Shown: positions 8,151-16,941 of the stretch, piece after piece
How positions within the stretch are numbered: the first letter of the stretch is position 1
Layout of the letters: every line of letters begins with the position of its first letter
From: an uncultured Acidimicrobiales bacterium
Lineage (GTDB): Bacteria; Actinomycetota; Acidimicrobiia; Acidimicrobiales; SZUA-35
NCBI GenBank assembly: GCA_937930695.1
Contig: CALHCB010000031.1
Coordinates: 2,109 to 66,108 of the forward strand
Direction: 5' to 3'
DNA length: 64,000 bases
Program-made: the position numbers and the translations under genes
The notes under the pieces: generated by a model
Told to the model about the DNA's origin: nothing
Databases searched by the model: none
The model's input: the letters and a program-made list of their open reading frames with translations, nothing else

Positions 8151-9407
8151 TCAGATGTCGCTGCCGACGCGGGCTCGCGGCGCCTCGCACGGAACCGGAG
8201 GTCGCTGGGCCAGCGTGCCATAGAGATGACGGAGCCGGGCCGAAGCGGTGGACCATGCGTAGGTACGTGCCCGGCCTGCAGCCGAGACCGACAAACGGCG
8301 AGCCAAGACGGGGTCGGCCAAAATGGCATCCGCCCAGGCTGCATAGTCGTCGGGGTCACGACTCTCGACGAGATATCCGGTTCGGCCATGTTCGACCAAC
8401 GTCAACAATCCGCCAACAGCGGATGCAACGACGGGAACACCGCACGCCGCGGCTTCCAACGCAACCAGACCGAAGGATTCGGATCGAGAGGGCACCAAAC
8501 AGACGTCGGCGGCCCGGTAGTAGGTCGACAACAGGTGGTGCGGCTGAGGCGGAATGAATCGCACTCGATCGGTCAGTCCCTCATCGGAAATCAGCTGACG
8601 CACGCGGTCAACCTCGCCGGAACCACCCTCGCCACTCGCACCGCCAACAATCCACAGACGGGCGTCATCACGCTCGAGGCGAGCCAAGGCTCCGACGGCA
8701 ACGTCGACACCCTTGAGCGGCTGAATTCTCCCCACGAAGAGAAGCAAAGGACGGTCATCGGTGCCCAGCGCCCACCGAGCGCCGGCCTGATTGCCGGGAG
8801 AGAAGTAAGCGTGATCCACACCTGGTGGCACGATCTCGATCCGTTCGGGATCAGCGTCGTAATAGTGCTCGAGCTGTTCGGCCTCGGCTGAACAGTTGGC
8901 GAGTACCGCATCCGCGCAGGCCATGACTTCGGCCTCGGCACGAGCTCGTCGCTCTGGCTCTGGATCGCCACTGATCGCTTTGACGCGCGCCAGGGTGTGG
9001 AAGGTCGTAACAAGCGGCACGCCCAGACGCCGCTTGAGCATTTGACCGGCAACGCCCGACAACCAGTAATTGGCGTGGAGCACATCGGGCTGGAAGGTCT
9101 CGAGATCGCGAGCTACTTCTTCGGCGAAGTCGGACACCAACGGCTCGAGATCTTCTTTCGTCGCATCGAATGGCCCGGCCGTGACGTGGACGACCTCGAA
9201 TCCTGGCTCGACGAGCACCCGTTCAGGAAGATCATCGCGCCATCGACGGACGTAAACCCGGCATTCGACCCCAGCCTGAGCCAGTGACGTGACGAGTTCA
9301 CGAACATAGACATTCATTCCTCCACCATCGCCCGTACCGGGTTGAGCCAGCGGAGATGTGTGGAGCGACAAAACAGCGACGCGACGCACGAACGAGTCCA
9401 ACCTCAT
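8151..9407 (-). CDS. mshA: D-inositol-3-phosphate glycosyltransferase (mycothiol biosynthesis)
   Basis: 418-aa GT4 glycosyltransferase with the MshA-type N-terminus VAVLSLHTSPLAQPGTGDGGGMNVYVREL and a C-terminal E..FGLV.LEA motif. Confidence 0.85.
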   Translation of the reverse strand: MRLDSFVRRVAVLSLHTSPLAQPGTGDGGGMNVYVRELVTSLAQAGVECRVYVRRWRDDLPERVLVEPGFEVVHVTAGPFDATKEDLEPLVSDFAEEVARDLETFQPDVLHANYWLSGVAGQMLKRRLGVPLVTTFHTLARVKAISGDPEPERRARAEAEVMACADAVLANCSAEAEQLEHYYDADPERIEIVPPGVDHAYFSPGNQAGARWALGTDDRPLLLFVGRIQPLKGVDVAVGALARLERDDARLWIVGGASGEGGSGEVDRVRQLISDEGLTDRVRFIPPQPHHLLSTYYRAADVCLVPSRSESFGLVALEAAACGVPVVASAVGGLLTLVEHGRTGYLVESRDPDDYAAWADAILADPVLARRLSVSAAGRARTYAWSTASARLRHLYGTLAQRPPVPCEAPRARVGSDI

Positions 9408-9778
9408 CGTTCGCCGATCTGTTCCCGATTCGATTCGTCGACGGCGAGGAAGCTTCGATACACGCCGAGAAGCGCTCCCTTTTGCTCGCCCGACAATTCG
9501 GTTGCCCGCCGAATCGCAGCTTCCACATCAGAGGGTTCGGGGCTGCGTTCTGCGTCGAGAATGCCCGCCTGGACATACAACGTCTCCGACGAGATCTCGA
9601 GCGCCTTGGCGATCTGCTGGAGAATCTCTGCTGATGGCCGGCGAAGTCCGCGCTCAATCTGACTCAAGTACGGATTCGATACGCCCGCCATCTCGGCGAG
9701 TCGCCGAACGGAGAGCTCGGCCAAACGCCGCTGCTCTTTGATGAAGGCGCCGAGATGTTTCGCCTGGTCTTTCTCCAT
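9404..9778 (-). CDS. XRE-family helix-turn-helix transcriptional regulator
   Basis: The ORF is trimmed to the ATG at 9778 (MEKDQAKHLGAFIKEQRRLAELSVRRLAEMAGVSNPYLSQIERGLRRPS). It has a classic Cro/C1 HTH. Its stop overlaps the mshA start. Confidence 0.75.
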   Translation of the reverse strand: MEKDQAKHLGAFIKEQRRLAELSVRRLAEMAGVSNPYLSQIERGLRRPSAEILQQIAKALEISSETLYVQAGILDAERSPEPSDVEAAIRRATELSGEQKGALLGVYRSFLAVDESNREQIGER

Positions 9779-9785
9779 CAGCGCA

Positions 9786-10502
9786 TCACTCGAGAATGGA
9801 GTCCACGCTGGCTTCTCCATCGCGATAGCGGCGGCCGATCTCTCCTTGAATCGCATCAATGCGTTCGTGAAGTTGTCGGCGGATCGAGGAGAGCTCGAGT
9901 TCGAAGGCTCGAATACGCTCGAAGAGCTCACGGAGATCGCCGTCGGTGAGGGACTCGATATTCGACAACAGCGTCGGCGATGCCAGCGTGTCGAGTGTCT
10001 TGACCAATTCACCCGCTACCTCTCCGGGTTCGTTCACCGCAACGGCGCGACCTCCCGGGACCGACGTTCCCGAAGACGCTGGGTCACTGAGAATGTCGGG
10101 CATATCGAAGAGCAAGGCAGACATGTCTCCGTCGCCCTGCGCGGTCCCGGAACGTCGGCCGGTTTCATGGCCCACAATGTCGAGCCTGCCCTGCGCTACG
10201 CGGCGGACAAGCGAGATATCACCTTCGACCTGGCTGCATTCGATTCGGATACGACGAAGCTGATCGATCGGTCGAGTAGTGAGACCCTTGAGGATCTCGG
10301 AATCAAGCAGGCGTTCGAGCTGTGGGATCACGTCGCCAAAGGGTACCGCCAGCCACCTGAACTCACCAGATCGGGCCCCCTGGAGCGGGATTTCGTCGTG
10401 GGGCAGTAACGACCGAACGGAGCGTCCCTCAGACGAGCAAAAGCCACAGCGGAGCGGCGAGTAGATAACTGTCGAGACGGCGAAGTGCCGGGGCCCATGC
10501 AT
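9786..10502 (-). CDS. RsiG-like anti-sigma factor candidate (two c-di-GMP-binding helix motifs)
   Basis: Contains EGDISLVRRVAQGRLD, an exact E-x3-S-x2-R-x3-Q-x3-D motif. Also contains ELELSSIRRQLHERID, the same motif with Q replaced by H. The start is uncertain: the ATG at 10502 overlaps the upstream gene by 74 nt, and the next candidate is the GTG at 10331. Confidence 0.6.
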   Translation of the reverse strand: MHGPRHFAVSTVIYSPLRCGFCSSEGRSVRSLLPHDEIPLQGARSGEFRWLAVPFGDVIPQLERLLDSEILKGLTTRPIDQLRRIRIECSQVEGDISLVRRVAQGRLDIVGHETGRRSGTAQGDGDMSALLFDMPDILSDPASSGTSVPGGRAVAVNEPGEVAGELVKTLDTLASPTLLSNIESLTDGDLRELFERIRAFELELSSIRRQLHERIDAIQGEIGRRYRDGEASVDSILE

Positions 10503-11313
10503 CACCTCGAGGCAGCACGGCAGAACCCGCAATCTGGCCGACCGGACAGCAGATAGCCGTGAGCACGACGAAAAGCGGCAGCGTGGTCGCATCGAATGGT
10601 TCGGGAAGCACGAGGTAGAAGGCGAAGCCGGCAATCCCAAGCGTCACGATTCCGGCGATGGGCCCTTCCACTGCGTTCGCAGAACCCGTGCCGACCAAGA
10701 AATCCCCCGCCTCATACGCACTGACCAGCACGACAAGCGCGATCGCGGCCTCGGGGAACCAACCAGCCAGCGCCCCGAGCGAACCAGCGGCCAGCCCGAC
10801 CGGCAACGAAGATCGAATCGTGACCTCAGACATTCTGAGCACAGCCAGCCGTCGAGCCTCTGCGGTCTTCGCCTTGTGGCGAACACCAAGCCCGCAATAG
10901 GCAAGCGCACCGACAGCAGAGAGGGCAAGGGTCAGACCCAGCCCGAAGGTGCCGAAGAAGGCGCCCGTGGCCGTCACTCCTGCCAGAAGCGCACTCACGC
11001 GACGATCAGCGGTCGTGTGCTGGGCCCAGGCGTGACCGGCCTGTAGGCCAGCAACGATGGCAACGCCACCCACAAGCACAACAACGGCGAACGGCGACAC
11101 CCGATTCGCGACCAAAAGCGCAGCGAACCAGAGGACCCCGAGCGTGACCTTGGGCCCATCCGTTCGGTACGGAACACTAAAGCGTTGTTGGCGCCATCGA
11201 GCTTCTCGAGCCCTGGTTCGCCGAGTGAGTTCTGCGGAACGCTTTGCCTTCAACCCAGAAACAACGCCGGGTCGACCTGATTCTGAGCGGGTCCCAGTTT
11301 TGCTTGACGTCAT
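10429..11313 (-). CDS. polytopic membrane protein, distantly CdsA (phosphatidate cytidylyltransferase)-like
   Basis: 294-aa ORF with a basic N-terminal region followed by about 7 hydrophobic helices. The C-terminal ALRRLDSYL resembles the CdsA DR.DS signature. Its start overlaps the moaD stop. Confidence 0.55.
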   Translation of the reverse strand: MTSSKTGTRSESGRPGVVSGLKAKRSAELTRRTRAREARWRQQRFSVPYRTDGPKVTLGVLWFAALLVANRVSPFAVVVLVGGVAIVAGLQAGHAWAQHTTADRRVSALLAGVTATGAFFGTFGLGLTLALSAVGALAYCGLGVRHKAKTAEARRLAVLRMSEVTIRSSLPVGLAAGSLGALAGWFPEAAIALVVLVSAYEAGDFLVGTGSANAVEGPIAGIVTLGIAGFAFYLVLPEPFDATTLPLFVVLTAICCPVGQIAGSAVLPRGDAWAPALRRLDSYLLAAPLWLLLV

Positions 11314-11546
11314 CCGCCGGAAACCGGGGGAAGCACCGCCACTTCGTCTCGATCCGTGACCGGCTCAGATCCCTGAGCGGGTGAACCGTTGAGCCAGACC
11401 TTGGATCCCGCCAGGATCACGCTGAATGACTCTCCGAAGTCACGCTTGGCCTGTTCCAATACTTCGTCGACGGTGCCGCCAGGAATCGTCGACGTACTCG
11501 CCCCCGCAACTTCTCGAGCCTGCGCGAACAATCGAAGAACAGCCAC
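11310..11546 (-). CDS. moaD: MoaD/ThiS-family sulfur carrier protein
   Basis: 78-aa ORF with a ubiquitin-like fold pattern, ending in the diagnostic PPVSGG C-terminal Gly-Gly. Confidence 0.8.
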   Translation of the reverse strand: MAVLRLFAQAREVAGASTSTIPGGTVDEVLEQAKRDFGESFSVILAGSKVWLNGSPAQGSEPVTDRDEVAVLPPVSGG

Positions 11547-11617
11547 GATGAGGAGTCTAGGTCAGGGCCTACCGTCCCGAACTTCGAGACGAGGAGAAGG
11601 GTCCAGTTGCATCGCGA

Positions 11618-12262
11618 GTGTCATCGGCGGCCACTAGGTTCCAATCGGTGAGCGTTCCCACCACCACCTTGCTGCTCGTCCGCCATGGCCAGTCGACCTG
11701 GAATGCTGATGGCCGTTGGCAAGGGCAGGCCGATCCGCCACTCTCCGAACTTGGCATCCATCAAGCCCAGACAGCCGCTACTCGACTCGGAACCGTCGAT
11801 GCCATCGTCACCTCACCCCAGGAACGGGCCGCCATGACCGCGGCAATCATTTCCGAAGCACTTGGTGTCGGCCCGATCTTCACCATCGACGATCTACGCG
11901 AACGAAGTGCGGGGCCCTGGTCTGGCCTGACCAAGGCCGACATCGAAGTCGAGTGGCCCGGCTGGCTCGATGCAGGCAAACGTCCGGACGGGTTCGAGCC
12001 AGATGATGTTCTCGGTCCTCGTGTCGACGCCGCGCTGCGCATGTGCGTGGCCGAACAACCCGGCGCCACGATTCTTGTCTTGTGCCATGGCGGAGTGATC
12101 CACAACTTCGAAACCGCTCACGGTTTGCAAGACGGACGCATCCCGAACCTCTCCGGTCGGATCGTGACCACGAGCGGGCTCGACGGCCCATGGCAACTCG
12201 GCGAACAGCTCCAGCTCCTCGACGAGGGCATGGCCACCGGCGGAGAACGCCACCGAATTTGA
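11618..12262 (+). CDS. histidine phosphatase family protein (phosphoglycerate mutase-like)
   Basis: 214-aa ORF with the catalytic LLLVRHGQSTWN (RHG) motif and a later CHGGVI His motif. Confidence 0.8.
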   Translation: MSSAATRFQSVSVPTTTLLLVRHGQSTWNADGRWQGQADPPLSELGIHQAQTAATRLGTVDAIVTSPQERAAMTAAIISEALGVGPIFTIDDLRERSAGPWSGLTKADIEVEWPGWLDAGKRPDGFEPDDVLGPRVDAALRMCVAEQPGATILVLCHGGVIHNFETAHGLQDGRIPNLSGRIVTTSGLDGPWQLGEQLQLLDEGMATGGERHRI

Positions 12263-12282
12263 CGCCACCGGCGTCGCGCCTT

Positions 12283-12339
12283 CGACCCGGAACCCCAACA
12301 GCGACCCGGAACCCCAACAGCGACATGGAACCCCAACAG
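12283..12339. repeat. 3 x 19-bp tandem repeat CGACCCGGAACCCCAACAG; the third copy carries the ATG of the next gene
   Basis: Copies lie at 12283-12301, 12302-12320 (identical) and 12321-12339 (CC changed to AT, which creates the ATG at 12325). Confidence 0.9.
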
Positions 12340-12882
12340 CTCAGCTTCGTCCCAACTCAGCAAGATCACGATTCCGCGGACGACGTCAACGTCGCTATTG
12401 CGCCGCTTCCGCCATTGTCGATCAACGTCACCCGCAGTCCAAAGCGTCGAAAATCAGCCCAGGCTTCGATGCGCGATGGCGTTCTGGAAATCCGAATTCC
12501 TGGGCGTTCGACTCAGACTGAAGAGCGAGAGTTCGTCGAATACTTCCGGGATCGCTTCGAACGAGAGCGCTCTGCGACCGTCACCGATCTCACCGACCGA
12601 GCCGAACAACTTGCCCGCTCCTACGAGCTTGCAACGCCTGATGAAATCAAATGGGTGGGCAACCAGAAGAGCCGCTGGGGATCCTGCACACCCGCCGACA
12701 AAACCATCCGGCTGAGCAATCGGATGGCGCGCTTTCCGACGTGGGTTATCGACTACGTCATCGTCCACGAACTCGCGCACCTCACTGAGCCGAACCACGA
12801 CGCTGCGTTCTGGTCGCTCGTGAACCGCTATCCACTCACTGAGCGGGCCCGCGGCTATCTCATGGCAAAGTCAGAGGGATGA
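12325..12882 (+). CDS. YgjP-like (DUF45) metal-dependent hydrolase
   Basis: The ORF 12043..12882 is trimmed to the ATG at 12325. The region upstream is Arg-rich and looks non-coding. The C-terminal WGSC, IVHELAHLTEPNH (HExxH) motifs are typical of DUF45/WLM-like peptidases. Confidence 0.75.
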   Translation: MEPQQLSFVPTQQDHDSADDVNVAIAPLPPLSINVTRSPKRRKSAQASMRDGVLEIRIPGRSTQTEEREFVEYFRDRFERERSATVTDLTDRAEQLARSYELATPDEIKWVGNQKSRWGSCTPADKTIRLSNRMARFPTWVIDYVIVHELAHLTEPNHDAAFWSLVNRYPLTERARGYLMAKSEG

Positions 12883-13061
12883 GCCAGACGCCAACGTTGC
12901 TGGCCCGTCGAGCTCAGCGAGCGTCGCATCGACTTGGTTGAGTTCCATTTCCAACCCATCGAGGTCTGCCATTGTCGGCAGAGGAACGGGCAACTCAACA
13001 GGCGCTGGACTGCTCTCATTCATCACACCGAAAGGATAGCGGGGCGGCCAGCTGCAGGGCT

Positions 13062-14240
13062 CTAGCCGTCGGTTTCGCTTACCGCGGGCCGGCCCACCGT
13101 GAGCGGTTGTCGAGCAAACACGGCTTCATTCGGATCTGTCTCGGCACCGACGATGGACTCGCTCAACTCCCCTTCGGTGCTCAAGACAACAACCTGCGTC
13201 TGCTCGGTGTCACTCCGAATGAACGCAAGGCGAGTTCCGTCAAACGACAGTCGTCGGATGTCCTGGCCGGGCCCACCGACCGATGCGGTGAACACGACGG
13301 CACTGCTGCCCAGTTCACGCACGACCAGATCAGTTGTGGCCACCACTCCGTCACTTCGATACGTCAGCACCGTGTAGGCAACCTGGGTCGCGTCGGGGTT
13401 CAGGTCAACCGCCCCGTACGTCGGTCGTCGGTCCACCGCGCACGGAGGCGCTGATGGGCCGCCCACATCGACGACCTCACCGCTCGAGTTCCAGAACACA
13501 AGGTCGCCGCAAGCGGTGTCCGAGACAACCACGGCGTGCAACCCCTCGCTGGCGGATAGGTCGACAAGAACCTGCCCCTCCCCGAGCACTGCGAATGGCG
13601 CCCGTTCTCCATCGACCAATTTGATCCGGTCGACCGAGTTTCCATCGACCACGACCAAGGCGTGTGCTTCGAGCGTGGAATCGATGAATCCCACGTCGAG
13701 GAGCTGCGCTCCCTCGGCGAGAACTGTGCCCAGGTCATCCGAGGGTCGGAACCAGGTCACCGTCTGGATCGACGCCCCGTCTTCGCCTTCCACTTGGTCC
13801 TGCACGACAACACCGCCGAAGAAGTCGTCCACGACTCGATCAGGAACGACTGTTCCGCTGCCAAAACTGAGGGGGATTGCACTGGCTTGATCGAGCGGTC
13901 CGTCGAAGACCGACGCTCGATCCACACCGACGATCACCAGCGATGGCAGATAGCCGTCGGGGCGAGGAGGTGAGAACACCGGCAGTGGCGCGGCTTCGAT
14001 TTCCGCGTTGGCTTCATCAGCCGCGGCATCGCTCTCGGATGGATCGAGTGCGTCACCTGACTGCGTCGCGTCGGTTCGGGGAGCGGGTGAACCAACACCG
14101 AGATCAGGTTCACCGATCTCTGCACACGCCGCACCGACCAGCAAGAGGGCACCAACGAACGCGGTCATCGTCAGCGCGCTCCCTTTGGTGCGAACAGCGA
14201 CTCGACGAGCTACAGATGGGGCGTTGGAGAACAGAGGCAT
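13062..14240 (-). CDS. secreted protein or lipoprotein, beta-rich (hypothetical)
   Basis: 392-aa ORF with a signal peptide and lipobox-like LLLVGAAC. An acidic linker is followed by a repetitive beta-strand-like sequence that may form a beta-propeller. Confidence 0.6.
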   Translation of the reverse strand: MPLFSNAPSVARRVAVRTKGSALTMTAFVGALLLVGAACAEIGEPDLGVGSPAPRTDATQSGDALDPSESDAAADEANAEIEAAPLPVFSPPRPDGYLPSLVIVGVDRASVFDGPLDQASAIPLSFGSGTVVPDRVVDDFFGGVVVQDQVEGEDGASIQTVTWFRPSDDLGTVLAEGAQLLDVGFIDSTLEAHALVVVDGNSVDRIKLVDGERAPFAVLGEGQVLVDLSASEGLHAVVVSDTACGDLVFWNSSGEVVDVGGPSAPPCAVDRRPTYGAVDLNPDATQVAYTVLTYRSDGVVATTDLVVRELGSSAVVFTASVGGPGQDIRRLSFDGTRLAFIRSDTEQTQVVVLSTEGELSESIVGAETDPNEAVFARQPLTVGRPAVSETDG

Positions 14241-14391
14241 TCACTCCCATGGTGTCACCCTCAGACACCGTGGCGGGGGCACTCAGCGAGACGGCCCAGA
14301 ATGCCCCCGAGGTGTGCAGCGGCGCTACCCGTTGCAACAACCAGGAACCCCAGCGACAGCATCGCGGTTCCGGGCCACTAGCCTCGTCTGC

Positions 14392-14466
14392 GCCCCTGTG
14401 GCGCAGCCTGGTTAGCGCAGTGGACTTTTAATCCATTGGTCGTGGGTTCGAATCCCACCGGGGGCA
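14392..14466 (+). tRNA. tRNA-Lys (anticodon TTT)
   Basis: Hand-folded cloverleaf. Acceptor GCCCCTG/CGGGGGC, D-arm GCGC/GCGC, anticodon loop CTTTTAA, T-arm GTGGG-TTCGAAT-CCCAC, discriminator A. Confidence 0.9.
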
Positions 14467-14537
14467 CGTGGAATCATTGTCGGAACCGTCTGGCCGATAG
14501 CGAGACCAACAGTCACAACGCAGCGCGGGAGATCAAC

Positions 14538-14954
14538 GTGCCAAAACAATCCATCGATCTCGATACACCGTTTCGCAAGGGCGAGAACGTCCTGACGACG
14601 CGGGACCTTCGCGGTGCCCCCGAGGGAACTGTCGGTCGTATCAAGTTGATGAACGGGTTGAGCGACTACAACGGCGGCGAGCCTTGGTTTCGCTACTGGG
14701 TCCGGTTCGAGGACGGAACGTTGCTTGGCCAAGTCAGTCACGAGGATCTCGTTCGGCCATCGCAGGTCGGCGAGTGGCATGAACGTGTCGAGGCACAGGC
14801 TCGGGCGGCAGAGGACGCAGCAAATGCCGCATCGTCCCCAGCCGAGGCGTCAGCTGATGGTGCCCCAGCGTCCGGCGAGTCTGGAGTCGCTGCCCTCATA
14901 CCCTCAGCACTTCTCGAGCGCAGCCGAGCGGCCAAGGCACGTCTCCTGGGATGA
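14538..14954 (+). CDS. hypothetical protein
   Basis: The ORF is trimmed to the GTG at 14538, which is preceded by a GGGAGA SD. The upstream part of the ORF overlaps the tRNA. The stop overlaps the next gene start (ATGA). Confidence 0.55.
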   Translation: MPKQSIDLDTPFRKGENVLTTRDLRGAPEGTVGRIKLMNGLSDYNGGEPWFRYWVRFEDGTLLGQVSHEDLVRPSQVGEWHERVEAQARAAEDAANAASSPAEASADGAPASGESGVAALIPSALLERSRAAKARLLG

Positions 14955-15940
14955 TTCGGCCCCGAAAGGCTCCATGGGCGGTCGCGATCTGCGCGCTTGC
15001 CGTAACGAGCTGTGGAGAGGTCGAAGATTACGTTGGACCGCCTGCTGTGGATGAGCAGGTCCAAGAATCCGAATCGGACGAGACAACATCTGGTGTCGGT
15101 TCCTCAACAGATAGTGGTGACGGGTCTGGCGACCCCACAACGACTTCTCTCGATGACAACGACCAAGATGGCGCACCGACAACGGCGCAAGACGGCTCCG
15201 AAGACTCGACGACAACTGATAGCGAGTCTGAGTCTGAGGAGCGGACTCCAACTCTCGAGTATGACTTGGTCGCCACGTACCCTCACGACGCTGGTGCCTT
15301 CACTCAGGGTCTGGCCTACGCCGATGGTGTCATCATCGAGGGAACCGGAATGTACGGCGAGTCGACGCGTCGCCGAGTTGGTCTGACCAATGGCGAAGTG
15401 TCGTCGGCAGTTCGGATCGATGACGATCTGTTTGGCGCAGGGTTGGCCCTGATCGGGGACGGAACGCTGATTCAACTCACCTGGCGAGAGGGTGTCGCTA
15501 TCTTGGCCGACACGGTCACGCTGCAGGAGTTCGACCGCTTCAACTACAGCGGCGAGGGCTGGGGATTGTGCAGCGATGGTGAGCGGCTCATCATGAGCGA
15601 CGGCACATCCGAACTGACGCTGCGAGATCCGATGAGCTTCGCCGAGGCTGGCGTCCTCGAGGTCACCCGCGACGGCGAGCCACTCGACAGTCTCAACGAG
15701 TTGGAATGCGTGGGATCTGACATCTGGGCCAATGTGTGGCTCACGAACGAGATCGTCCGGATCGACGGACAGACCGGTGAGGTCACCGGAGCGGTTGATC
15801 TCACAGCATTGGTTCCTGCCGGTCCGCTCGGAAGCGAAGACGTGCTCAACGGAATCGCATTCAACGACGAAACCGGCACGTTCTATGTCACGGGAAAGAG
15901 CTGGGACGTGTTGTACGAGCTCGCGATCTCTGCTCCGTGA
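14951..15940 (+). CDS. glutaminyl-peptide cyclotransferase (beta-propeller type), lipoprotein
   Basis: 329-aa ORF with lipobox LAVTSC, an acidic Ser/Thr/Asp linker and the QC core YPHDAGAFTQGLAY...EGTGMYGES. Confidence 0.85.
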   Translation: MIRPRKAPWAVAICALAVTSCGEVEDYVGPPAVDEQVQESESDETTSGVGSSTDSGDGSGDPTTTSLDDNDQDGAPTTAQDGSEDSTTTDSESESEERTPTLEYDLVATYPHDAGAFTQGLAYADGVIIEGTGMYGESTRRRVGLTNGEVSSAVRIDDDLFGAGLALIGDGTLIQLTWREGVAILADTVTLQEFDRFNYSGEGWGLCSDGERLIMSDGTSELTLRDPMSFAEAGVLEVTRDGEPLDSLNELECVGSDIWANVWLTNEIVRIDGQTGEVTGAVDLTALVPAGPLGSEDVLNGIAFNDETGTFYVTGKSWDVLYELAISAP

Positions 15941-16941
15941 AGCCGGTCGAACACCCACGTTTCGGTATCGACGAAAAGCTCCGAACACTGTTCCGTTGGA
16001 TGGGACCAGCGAGCCTCGCCATGCTCTTTGGCGCGACGAGCTGCTCGACGACAACGGAGAGCTCGCCACCGGTCCCCATGCCGGCAACAACCTCGGAGCT
16101 GACCTCGCCGTCGCCCACAAACGAACCAGAAGCAACGGTGGAAACGACCGAAACAACCGTCGGCGCCCCGGAGATCGCCGGGACCATTCCACTCGTCGGT
16201 AGCTATACGGCCCAGATCATGGCGAGGTATCCACATGACCCGACTGCCTTTACCCAAGGTCTCGAATTCCACGACGGCCAACTCCTCGAGTCGACGGGCC
16301 AATATGGCGACAGCGATCGTCGGTGGGTTGACCCGACAACCGGCGAGATCCTCGACGTTGTTCTCCTCAGTAACGAATTCTTCGGTGAAGGAATCACTCT
16401 CGTCGATGACACAGTTTTTCAATTGACCTGGAAGGCACAACGAGTGATCCGCGCCGACCGAACAAGCCTCGGTGAACTCACGACGAACACCTACGACGGT
16501 GAAGGTTGGGGCTTGTGCCTCCTTCACCCCGGGCTCCCGGATCCGACAATTCTCGACCCGGTCGAGGGTGGACCGATCTTGGTCATGTCCAACGGCTCGT
16601 CTGAGCTGACCTTTCGAGACCCGGAAACGTTCGAACAGCTCGGCACCGTGCAAGTTGTCGACGGGTCAGGAGCCGAGGTCGCTGCGCTGAACGAACTGGA
16701 GTGTGTCGGCGGACAGGTCCTTGCCAACATCTATGGACTCGACGTCATCGTTGCCATCGATGCCCAAACCGGCTCGGTCGATGCAGTGATCGATGCCGCC
16801 GCGCTCCGACCAGCGACCGCCCCCGTCGGTGACTTCGACTACGTGCTCAACGGAATCGCGTTCAATCGCGAACGCGGCACATACTTCCTCACCGGCAAAT
16901 GGTGGGACACCCTCTATGAGGTTGAGTTTGTCGCTTCCTGA
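15937..16941 (+). CDS. glutaminyl-peptide cyclotransferase paralog, lipoprotein
   Basis: 334-aa ORF with lipobox FGATSC and the QC core YPHDPTAFTQGLEF...ESTGQYGDS. It is a tandem paralog of the preceding gene. An alternative start is the ATG at 16000. Confidence 0.85.
   Translation: MKPVEHPRFGIDEKLRTLFRWMGPASLAMLFGATSCSTTTESSPPVPMPATTSELTSPSPTNEPEATVETTETTVGAPEIAGTIPLVGSYTAQIMARYPHDPTAFTQGLEFHDGQLLESTGQYGDSDRRWVDPTTGEILDVVLLSNEFFGEGITLVDDTVFQLTWKAQRVIRADRTSLGELTTNTYDGEGWGLCLLHPGLPDPTILDPVEGGPILVMSNGSSELTFRDPETFEQLGTVQVVDGSGAEVAALNELECVGGQVLANIYGLDVIVAIDAQTGSVDAVIDAAALRPATAPVGDFDYVLNGIAFNRERGTYFLTGKWWDTLYEVEFVAS

Noticed and set aside
12283-12339. Short tandem repeats (12283-12339, 46716-46760, 56938-56977, 24259-24323), considered as CRISPR or minisatellite arrays
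   Set aside because: There are only 2-3 copies. The units are either directly adjacent with no spacers or consist of a single pair. The window contains no cas genes. They are reported as simple repeats instead.
12871-13023. 50-codon minus-strand ORF (MNESSPAPVELPVPLPTMADLDGLEMELNQVDATLAELDGPATLASGSSL) in the convergent gap after the DUF45 gene
   Set aside because: There is no convincing Shine-Dalgarno sequence. It overlaps the 3' end of the DUF45 gene by 12 nt, and I see no recognisable motif. The evidence is not sufficient to call it.
14392-16941. tRNA-Lys, and the tRNA Glu-Asp-Phe cluster at 42994-43363, considered as integration sites of genomic islands
   Set aside because: No integrase, recombinase, direct repeat of a tRNA 3' end or compositional shift is visible downstream of either locus. 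The flanking genes look like ordinary chromosomal genes.
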